A stretch of DNA of 64,000 nt from a virus, in IMG/VR virus record IMGVR_UViG_3300023179_000039, positions 45,660-109,659 of that record, one strand, 5' to 3'. Position numbers and translations under genes: made by a program. Below the pieces are notes generated by a model that was given only the letters and a program-made list of their open reading frames with translations, was not told where the DNA came from and did not search any database. Shown here piece after piece: positions 52,386 through 60,900 of the stretch. Within the stretch, counting starts at the first letter, position 1, and every line of letters starts with the position of its first letter.

Positions 52386-55300
52386 ATGGCAAAATTTGTT
52401 TTTAAAGCTAACGTAGGTGGGGCAGGGTCAAACGTAGTACCAATATTACCCACACCCACGACTACACCTACAGAATCACCTCCCCTGCCTTCTGAGACAC
52501 CTACACAAACGCCTACCGCTACACCTACGAAAACTACAAATTTAGCTGTATCACAGACACCCACTCAAACACCTACCGTTACAAAGACGCCTACTAATAC
52601 ACATACGGTAACCCCATCCATCACCTTAACACCTACATCGACGCTGACGCCTACCCATACACCTACTTTATCTCCTACAGTTACTCAAACGCCTACTAAT
52701 ACACCTACTGTTACTGTAACAAATACACCTACTAATACTTTAACTCCTACAAATACCCCCAACCCCACTCCTACAGAAACACCTACATTGACACCTACAG
52801 TTACAATGTCGGAAACGCCTACTAATACACCTACCTTAACTCCTACTTTGACGCCTACAGAGACACCGACTAATACACCTACCGTTACTGTTACTAATAC
52901 GACTACTGTTACGCCGTCAGAAACACCAACAAATACACCAACAGTAACAAACACCGTTACACCGACAGAAACGCCAACCGAAACGCCTACTAATACACCG
53001 ACAAATACTGTTACACCTTCATTTACATTTACACAGACACCTACAGAAACACCTACTCTTACCCCAACATGTACAGAAACCCCGACAAATACAGTTACTC
53101 CAACTGAAACTCCGACTGAAACTCCGACAAATACACCTACAGTAACTTCAACAGTAACACCTACAAATACTGTAACAGAAACACCTACACAAACACCAAC
53201 CGTCACACCGTCCTTTACACCTACAGAAACCCCGACAAATACCCCTACTGTAACGGTAACTAATACTGTAACGCCATCGTTTACTCTAACTGAAACACCT
53301 ACAAACACCGTTACGCCGACATTTACACCAACTGAAACCCCTACTAATACACCGACCAATACTTTAACTCCAACTTATACACCTACCGTCACAGTAACAA
53401 ATACACCTACTAATACTTTAACCCCTACTTATACGCCTACCGTCACAGTAACAAATACACCTACTGTGACACCTACCTATACTGTAACGCCTACTAATAC
53501 AGTTACACCGACTACCACATTAACATATACACCTACCTTTACTCCTACTAATTCACCTACAACTACAATGTTCGATACAATGACACCGACACCCACTTTA
53601 ACGCCTACCAATACACCTACCAACACAAAAACGCCGACAGTTACACCAACTAACACAGTATCTCCTACACTGACAATGACATCAACTGTTACACCTACTG
53701 TTACACCTACAGTTACGAAAACAGCAACACCTACTTTAACACCAACTAATACACCCACAGTTACTGTAACAAACACACCTACAAATACTCTTACTCCAAC
53801 CCCGACAAATACCCCTACTGTAACGGTAACTAATACTGTAACGCCATCGTTTACTCCTACACTTACACCTACAGTAACACCTACAGTAACGCCTACTAAT
53901 ACACCAACAGTTACGGTGACAAACACACCAACTAATACCGTAACGCCTTCGTTTACATTTACTCAAACTCCTACTATAACACCGACCAACACACCAACTA
54001 ATACCGTTACGCCTACAATAACGCCTACTGTTACCGTGACAAATTCACCAACTAATACAGTTACGCCTACTAATACTGTAACTGTCACGCCTACCAATAC
54101 ACCTACCAACACAGTTACACCCACTAATACTGTTACTGTAACACCTACAAATACTGTTACACCAACTGTAACACCTACAGTAACTCCGACAAATACCGTT
54201 ACACCTTCGTTTACATTTACACAAACACCTACAGTTACACCGACCAATACAGTAACGCCTACTGTAACGCCTACTGTAACGCCAACAGCAACACCTACTT
54301 ATACTGTAACGCCTACTAATACCCCTACACTTACAGTTACAGGCACACCTACCCCTACACTTACAGTTACAGGCACACCTACTAATACGCCAACAAATAC
54401 AAGAACACCTACTTTAACACCTACCGTTACGCCAACAGTAACTCCGACAAACACGGTAACACCATCATTTACATTTACACAGACTTCTACCGTTACACCG
54501 ACCAATACAGTAACGCCTACTGTTACACCTACAGTTACGAAAACAGTAACACTAACACCCACCGTTACACCTACTAATACAGTTACCTCAACTGTTACAC
54601 CAACTATAACTCCTACAAAAACCGTAACACCGTCCTTTACGTTTACGCCAACAAATACGTTAACACCTACAATTACACCTACCAATACACAGACTCCTAC
54701 CGTTACACCAACTAATACTATTACACCTACTGTTACGCCGACTGTAACCCCTACAAAGACGTTAACACCTACTTTAACGTTAACACCTACAGTAACACCA
54801 ACTAGTACGCCGACACCAACACAGACGCCAACACCTTCTATTACTCCTACCACATCTCTAACTCCTACTATTACACCAACAAATACTGTTACACCAACTG
54901 TAACACCCACAGTTACACAAACAATAACACCTACTACAACGCAAACACCTACTTATACACAAACGAGCACAGTGACGCCAACTATTACGCCTACCACATC
55001 TGAGACACCCACTATTACGCCTACCACATCTGAGACGCCTACCTTAACACCAACAGTGACACAGACACCTTCTTTCACATTTACACCTACGGTAACAATA
55101 ACACCTACTACTACACAAACACCTACTGTAACAATAACACCTACTACTACACAAACACCAACAAATACCCCAACAGTAACACAGACGCCAACATTAACAC
55201 CAACAATAACACCTACATATACACCAACTAAAACACCTACGCAGACTTTGACACCTACTAATACGCCCACCGTTACACCTACACCTACTAAGACGCCTAC

Positions 55301-55841
55301 AGTAACACCAACAATAACGCCCACGGTAACTAAGACACCTACACAAACACCTACAACTACATTAACACCAACAATAACGCCCACGGTAACTAAGACACCT
55401 ACACAAACACCTACAACTACATTAACACCAACAATAACGCCCACGGTAACTAAGACACCTACACAAACACCTACAACTACACCTACAGATACGCCAATAC
55501 TAGCAAATTATATGAATACTTCTGTTGTATGTGATGGTACTGCACAGTCTGCATGTATAGGTACAACTCCTTACAGTACCTTAAATATTAGTGGAGTTGC
55601 AGGGCTTATATTTAAGTTTAATTGTAGTACAAATTATAATACTGCTGTTGATACAGGGTTAACTAATCAAATCTATATTAATGGCGTACAGGTTGCTACT
55701 ATTAACTTCCAGAGAAGGTCACCTACATCATCATATTATGAATTATTCTCCGTACAGAACGGTGTAGGTGCACCTGTATATTATGGTAAGTTTAGATCTA
55801 ATCTTACTAAGATATATTTCCCTGAGGATAACCAGACTTAA
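52386..55841 (+). CDS. Giant mucin-like Thr/Pro-rich protein with small Cys-containing C-terminal domain
   Basis: About 1,000 aa of T-x-T-P repeats; about 110-aa non-repetitive C-terminus. Confidence 0.85.
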   Translation: MAKFVFKANVGGAGSNVVPILPTPTTTPTESPPLPSETPTQTPTATPTKTTNLAVSQTPTQTPTVTKTPTNTHTVTPSITLTPTSTLTPTHTPTLSPTVTQTPTNTPTVTVTNTPTNTLTPTNTPNPTPTETPTLTPTVTMSETPTNTPTLTPTLTPTETPTNTPTVTVTNTTTVTPSETPTNTPTVTNTVTPTETPTETPTNTPTNTVTPSFTFTQTPTETPTLTPTCTETPTNTVTPTETPTETPTNTPTVTSTVTPTNTVTETPTQTPTVTPSFTPTETPTNTPTVTVTNTVTPSFTLTETPTNTVTPTFTPTETPTNTPTNTLTPTYTPTVTVTNTPTNTLTPTYTPTVTVTNTPTVTPTYTVTPTNTVTPTTTLTYTPTFTPTNSPTTTMFDTMTPTPTLTPTNTPTNTKTPTVTPTNTVSPTLTMTSTVTPTVTPTVTKTATPTLTPTNTPTVTVTNTPTNTLTPTPTNTPTVTVTNTVTPSFTPTLTPTVTPTVTPTNTPTVTVTNTPTNTVTPSFTFTQTPTITPTNTPTNTVTPTITPTVTVTNSPTNTVTPTNTVTVTPTNTPTNTVTPTNTVTVTPTNTVTPTVTPTVTPTNTVTPSFTFTQTPTVTPTNTVTPTVTPTVTPTATPTYTVTPTNTPTLTVTGTPTPTLTVTGTPTNTPTNTRTPTLTPTVTPTVTPTNTVTPSFTFTQTSTVTPTNTVTPTVTPTVTKTVTLTPTVTPTNTVTSTVTPTITPTKTVTPSFTFTPTNTLTPTITPTNTQTPTVTPTNTITPTVTPTVTPTKTLTPTLTLTPTVTPTSTPTPTQTPTPSITPTTSLTPTITPTNTVTPTVTPTVTQTITPTTTQTPTYTQTSTVTPTITPTTSETPTITPTTSETPTLTPTVTQTPSFTFTPTVTITPTTTQTPTVTITPTTTQTPTNTPTVTQTPTLTPTITPTYTPTKTPTQTLTPTNTPTVTPTPTKTPTVTPTITPTVTKTPTQTPTTTLTPTITPTVTKTPTQTPTTTLTPTITPTVTKTPTQTPTTTPTDTPILANYMNTSVVCDGTAQSACIGTTPYSTLNISGVAGLIFKFNCSTNYNTAVDTGLTNQIYINGVQVATINFQRRSPTSSYYELFSVQNGVGAPVYYGKFRSNLTKIYFPEDNQT
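52450..55495 (+). repeat. Mucin-like coding repeat tract with VNTR units
   Basis: Degenerate repeats plus exact 30-bp x2 (54321-54380) and 60-bp x3 (about 55303-55481) units. Confidence 0.9.
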
Positions 55842-55868
55842 AGCTTAAAGTAAGTAGTTGTACTTTAA

Positions 55869-55874
55869 TAAATA
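55869..55874 (+). promoter_or_regulatory. T4-like late promoter
   Basis: TAAATA-N5-ATG. Confidence 0.7.
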
Positions 55875-55879
55875 ATATT

Positions 55880-58800
55880 ATGGCAGTTAATGCGCGTTTT
55901 CATAATAAATGGCATAGAAGAAACCATCATTCTTCTCCATCAATAGGTTATCCGGATTCAGGCTCTGATCCTATTGCCTCTAAAAATGAACCGTTTCAAG
56001 GCGAGTTTGTTTTAAATGGTTATTTAAGTGCTCACGGTGATGCCTATATTGACGGCGATACTTCTATACAAGGTAGCTTGTCTGTTTACGGTGATTTATC
56101 ATATTTTGACACGTATGTTTCGGTAACGAGTTCATTAAGTGTAGTTAATCATGGCCCAGGTCCTGCTGTTGTTGTAGAGCAATATAATGATGAATCTATT
56201 GCAAGGTTTATTGATCCTGATGCGGTAGGTGGACCTAAAATTGCTTTAGGTATAGAAAATGATGGTTATGTAGTGTCTAACGGGTCAGTACCCGCTACAA
56301 AATTTGACAAGCAGTCACAGACACAAGAAAAAATGCAGCTTACTGTTAATGGTAACATTTACGCCTCTAGAGGCGTAATTTATGAAGCACCAATGGCCAA
56401 TACAATTTATGTTAGTACTACCGGCTCTGATACAAACAGTGGATTAAACCCTTCACAAAAAGTAAAAACTATTAAGAAAGCTGCAAAAATTGCTTTTGAT
56501 ACCTACGGGGTTAATAAATGCACAATTCAAGTTGAGGCAGGCGATTACACTGAAATAAATCCAATTTATATTCCTGCAGGAACTTCTATAATTGGTGAAG
56601 CATTTTTACGTAGAACAAATATTCGTCCCTATCACAGACAGTTAGATATTTTTTGGCTTAATAATGGTTGCTATATGTGGGGGTTTACTTTTAGAGACCA
56701 TCTTGAACCTAGCGCTGCTACAGCATTTCCAAATTTACTTTCTGGTACCCCTGCATACGAGGTAGCATTTAATACACCAGGGTATGAAATTGATGTTACT
56801 AGACCAGGAGGGCCGTTTGGGTTTCCTATAGTTTCAAAGCCTTATATTACTACCAGTCCCTATACCCAGGGCATGAGCTCAATTAATCGTTATCTTGCTG
56901 TACCTATTCAACCAAGCATTTATATAAGTGGAATGACTCCCGGTACACAGCAGTATGATTATACAAAAACAACTGGCGGCCATACTTCTGCAGCAATACT
57001 AAGCTGTTTTGATATTATTACAGATATTATAAAATATGGTCCGACAAGTGCTCCTTCTGTTGCAACATACCCTGTGCCCTACGGTGCAACCGATGCAAAA
57101 GACTTAATAGATTTAAACAAATTAGCAATTCAAGATGCTGTTGTTACATATGTTAATAGAAAATATCCAACATTTGTTTACAATCAAAGTCTATGCTATC
57201 GTGATGTAGGGTTAATTTTAGATTGTATAACATACGATATTACAAATGGTACAACATTAAGCTCAGTTGGCGCGGGTAAATATTATTTTATAGGTAATCA
57301 AAGCTTAATATCTGGACAAGAAACACAAACAATAGATGCGTTAGAATATGCAAATTATCTAATTAATTATGTAGTAACTAACTCTGCTGTTCCTATTTAC
57401 GAACAGCAATTTGATCCTTCTGCTACTTCTGCATATAATGAATCTGCTAATATAACAAATTGTGTTAATTATATTAATTCAAAAATTAGAACAGGTATAT
57501 CTCCATCAGTTGTTAATTGGTCAGTAAATGTTACTTCTGCTTCCGAAGCAAGCAATTTATTAAACACTAATAAACCTTACATTGGTAAAACTGTAATTAA
57601 TTATGTCGATAAAAACTTCCCCGGGTTTGCTTACAATAGATATTATTGTGAAAGAGATACCGGATTAATAATCGACGCAATAATACATGATATTACTAAC
57701 GGTAATAATCTAAGTTCAATTGATGCTGGTAATGCTTACTTTAATAATGGTAAAAGTATTATTACCGGTCAAGAAGTGCCTACTATTGCAGCTTTAAACT
57801 ATTTAAACTTTTTAGCTCAAAATATTATTACCAATACAATTGCAATAACCTCACAGGCATTTAATCCATATCTTTCTTCTGGTAATTACGCTATAGATGA
57901 TGTTAATAGATCTTTTGATGTCATTACCAGAATGATTATTACAAAAGAAATACCTACCGTAATTTATGACGCCGAACAATTTTATAATTATAGCTTAACA
58001 GATGGCGCTAAAACCTCCGCTTTTATTACAGATACGTACGATATAGTTACAAGTATAATAAGCGGGGGGCCAGGAGCTGCGCCTTCAGTAGCACCAAGAA
58101 CTGCACCTGCAGGAGCAATCGACGCAAAACTATTAATGTCAGGTAACCGTACTTATATTCAAGAACAAACAATAAAATACATCAATACTAGATATCCTGA
58201 TTTAGTTTATAATATTGACAAATGCTATCGTGATACTGGTTATATGGTTGATGCTGTTTATAGCGACTTAACTTACAACACAAATTATAGTGCAGTAAAT
58301 ACCGGGCTATTTTATTGGGATGGTAATCAAAGCCGTATTAAAGGTCAACAACTTCAAACTATTCAGTCAATAAAATATATAGATTCTCTACTACAAAATG
58401 TAGTAAACAATGAATTAATAGATTCCAAGCAAAATGCCGTATGGCTTCTCTCAGCTAATAAAGTCTTTATTCAAAAGGAAGTCATACAATACATGGGTAA
58501 AGCCTATCCTACGTTTGTTTATAATAAAGAAAAATGCGAAAGAGATGTAGGGTTTATTATTGATGCTGTTATATACGACGTCACACACAGTACAACAGAG
58601 AGCGCAGTTAATGCCGGTAATTTTTATCTTTATGGCGCAATAAATGGTCAAGAACTACAAACAGTAGCTGCAATTAATTATGCAAAATATTTGTGCAAAT
58701 ACATCATAGGTAATAATCCTGTAGAAAATATTGGTGCAGGGTGTGGTATTAGGGTTGACGGAGAGCTAGCATTAGGGTTTTTAAGAAGTTTTGTTACTGA

Positions 58801-59635
58801 CTCCTTTACGCAATTTAATCAAGGCGGTAAAGGTATTCATGTAATTAATTGCGGATATGCACAGCTTGTAAGTACGTTTACTATTTGTACCACAGAGGGT
58901 GTAATGACTGAATCTGGCGGTCAATGCAGTATCAGTACTTCAAATTGTTCTTTTGGCTTGTCAGGCTTAGTTGCAACCGGTAAATCTAAATTCCCTGTCC
59001 TTACAGGATACCAATATCAAACTACACCCTTAGCTGAAAACTATATAGTTGTACAAGATGTAACGCCAAGACCGTTATCAGCATTTGTTGCTGCCCTTCA
59101 ATCCGGTTATGAATTAAAGGGTATTCCAGTAGACTCACCTTACAACGGCTTAATAGTAAAAGTAGAGGACGATCCTGCCAGCGATTATGATGTATTATTA
59201 AATCCTAAAGGGTTGACAAAATATCATGGTATTAAATCAGTTACAGCTTTAAATGAGCCTTACCCTCCATTTTCTTATAAATTAATACTTGAGAAAAATA
59301 TTCAAGCACCATTAACTGCTGCTCAAATTGAGCCAAAATACGTTGAATTCTATCTAAGAAGTCAAATTGCATCGAGCTCTCATGCATTTGAATATATAGG
59401 TACCGGTATTGAGCTTGAAAAAGCAGTACCTGCTTTAGGAGGCAAGCCAGTAAACGCAAATGAAGCTGTATATTCAAACAATGGAATTGTTTATTATTCA
59501 AGCACTAATGAAAGAGGCGACTTTAAGGTAGGTGGTGGGTTTACTATTAAACAAGAGAAAGGAACAGTAGAAGGTGTCGACTTTAATAAGTCAATTCTTG
59601 CATTAGTTACACCTTTAATACTAAGTCTAGATTAA
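55880..59635 (+). CDS. Tail appendage protein, beta-helix-like, with four inserted CxRD helical repeats
   Basis: IYVSTTGSD.NSG...KTIKKA..GDY.E; SFVTDSFTQFNQGG.G....GYAQLVS; SSSHAFEYIG.G; repeats at C439, C590, C782, C886. Confidence 0.75.
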   Translation: MAVNARFHNKWHRRNHHSSPSIGYPDSGSDPIASKNEPFQGEFVLNGYLSAHGDAYIDGDTSIQGSLSVYGDLSYFDTYVSVTSSLSVVNHGPGPAVVVEQYNDESIARFIDPDAVGGPKIALGIENDGYVVSNGSVPATKFDKQSQTQEKMQLTVNGNIYASRGVIYEAPMANTIYVSTTGSDTNSGLNPSQKVKTIKKAAKIAFDTYGVNKCTIQVEAGDYTEINPIYIPAGTSIIGEAFLRRTNIRPYHRQLDIFWLNNGCYMWGFTFRDHLEPSAATAFPNLLSGTPAYEVAFNTPGYEIDVTRPGGPFGFPIVSKPYITTSPYTQGMSSINRYLAVPIQPSIYISGMTPGTQQYDYTKTTGGHTSAAILSCFDIITDIIKYGPTSAPSVATYPVPYGATDAKDLIDLNKLAIQDAVVTYVNRKYPTFVYNQSLCYRDVGLILDCITYDITNGTTLSSVGAGKYYFIGNQSLISGQETQTIDALEYANYLINYVVTNSAVPIYEQQFDPSATSAYNESANITNCVNYINSKIRTGISPSVVNWSVNVTSASEASNLLNTNKPYIGKTVINYVDKNFPGFAYNRYYCERDTGLIIDAIIHDITNGNNLSSIDAGNAYFNNGKSIITGQEVPTIAALNYLNFLAQNIITNTIAITSQAFNPYLSSGNYAIDDVNRSFDVITRMIITKEIPTVIYDAEQFYNYSLTDGAKTSAFITDTYDIVTSIISGGPGAAPSVAPRTAPAGAIDAKLLMSGNRTYIQEQTIKYINTRYPDLVYNIDKCYRDTGYMVDAVYSDLTYNTNYSAVNTGLFYWDGNQSRIKGQQLQTIQSIKYIDSLLQNVVNNELIDSKQNAVWLLSANKVFIQKEVIQYMGKAYPTFVYNKEKCERDVGFIIDAVIYDVTHSTTESAVNAGNFYLYGAINGQELQTVAAINYAKYLCKYIIGNNPVENIGAGCGIRVDGELALGFLRSFVTDSFTQFNQGGKGIHVINCGYAQLVSTFTICTTEGVMTESGGQCSISTSNCSFGLSGLVATGKSKFPVLTGYQYQTTPLAENYIVVQDVTPRPLSAFVAALQSGYELKGIPVDSPYNGLIVKVEDDPASDYDVLLNPKGLTKYHGIKSVTALNEPYPPFSYKLILEKNIQAPLTAAQIEPKYVEFYLRSQIASSSHAFEYIGTGIELEKAVPALGGKPVNANEAVYSNNGIVYYSSTNERGDFKVGGGFTIKQEKGTVEGVDFNKSILALVTPLILSLD

Positions 59636-59643
59636 ATAATATT

Positions 59644-60006
59644 ATGGCTGACATACCTCTTAATCATTTTCTAAGAAAATCATATACTTTAACTAGTTCG
59701 CCTAGTGCAGTTTATATTGCACCGTTTGATAGAGCTGCTATTATTCTTGGTGCATATGCGTCCAATACTACCTCGAGTGATGTATCTGTTACAGTTTCTA
59801 TATCAGGTGTAGGCGGTGCATTTGTTGATCCTAAACCTAAGTTTGATTACGCTAAAGATATTTTAATTTGCGGAAGCGACACAACAAATCTTGCTCCTTC
59901 TAGACTAGTATTAGAAGAATACGATTGTTTAATAGCATCATGTACTGTACCTGGTGCAGTAGTATTAAACTTAGCATTACTAGAAACCGTTAATACAGTG
60001 GTCTAA
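59644..60006 (+). CDS. Small structural protein
   Basis: TAAATA-N5-ATG; Y.AP...AII....N...LVLE..D pattern. Confidence 0.65.
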   Translation: MADIPLNHFLRKSYTLTSSPSAVYIAPFDRAAIILGAYASNTTSSDVSVTVSISGVGGAFVDPKPKFDYAKDILICGSDTTNLAPSRLVLEEYDCLIASCTVPGAVVLNLALLETVNTVV

Positions 60007-60011
60007 AAATT

Positions 60012-60899
60012 ATGGATAGAGCTATTTCTACCATAACCGGTAAAGTAAAGACCAGAACACCTACACAGGCAGAAGCATTATCTTCTAGATATGTATTTTT
60101 AAATTTACAAAACGCTGAACCCAATTTAGGTATACCTACACCTCCAGGAATAAAAGAAGAATATGCTGGTGACCCGGGTTATAGATATGCATTACTTTCT
60201 AATAACGTAGCAAGCCCTTCTGCATGGCGCGTTTGGGCTTATGATAACCCTAAGATTGCTACTTTTAGTAAAGAAGGGTCTATTGCCTTAGGCAATAATC
60301 CTAACCCCATTAATAAAAATAGTATAGTTTACAGTAATTACACTTATGAAATAAACAACATTTATAACAGCCAATCTTTTGCTGATAATACGTTTAATGT
60401 ATTTTCTGTTAGCGGTATTTATTTATATGATGCTACTACCATTGGTGACCCTGCAAGTGCTACAGCGTTTGTTGTTACAGAAGAAGGAAGAGTTGGTATT
60501 AATACTGACTCACCTAGTGAAGTATTAACATTAGTAGGCAACATAAGCGCTACCGGAGGTATATTTACAGATGGTAACAGTACTTTAGGTAATTCAAAAA
60601 GCGATATAAATGTAATTAGAGGCAATGTAAGAATAGGCGATAGTTTTTCTTCACCATTAACATTTGGCAATGGTAATGCAAATTTTGATACTAATTTATA
60701 TAGAATAAAATACAAAACCCTTAATACTGATAGTACATTTACTTGCAATGGATTAAGCGGAAGAAATGCTCTTAGCGGAGCTGATATTGTGCTTACTAAT
60801 GCCAATGTAACAAATTTAACATCGGCTACAGCTTCTGGTGATTTTATTATATTAAATATTAACGGTGCAAATCGCGCTCTAAGATTATGGGATTATTAA
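60012..60899 (+). CDS. Tail fibre-associated protein
   Basis: RY.FL.L..AEPNLG; GRVGINT.SP...L...GNISA fibre motif. Confidence 0.65.
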   Translation: MDRAISTITGKVKTRTPTQAEALSSRYVFLNLQNAEPNLGIPTPPGIKEEYAGDPGYRYALLSNNVASPSAWRVWAYDNPKIATFSKEGSIALGNNPNPINKNSIVYSNYTYEINNIYNSQSFADNTFNVFSVSGIYLYDATTIGDPASATAFVVTEEGRVGINTDSPSEVLTLVGNISATGGIFTDGNSTLGNSKSDINVIRGNVRIGDSFSSPLTFGNGNANFDTNLYRIKYKTLNTDSTFTCNGLSGRNALSGADIVLTNANVTNLTSATASGDFIILNINGANRALRLWDY

Positions 60900-60900
60900 T

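Noticed and set aside
52370-52390. Programmed frameshift fusing the mini- and giant mucin genes
   Set aside because: Fusion needs +1 and T-AAA-AAG is not a canonical site; TAA-T-ATG is the common coupling junction in this genome
52192-55444. Minus-strand Val/Gly-rich ORFs
   Set aside because: Antisense shadows of ACN/CCN codons of the Thr/Pro repeat; no independent start signals
55303-55481. Exact 60-bp repeats as a possible CRISPR array
   Set aside because: Head-to-tail without spacers, in frame inside a CDS, and no cas genes
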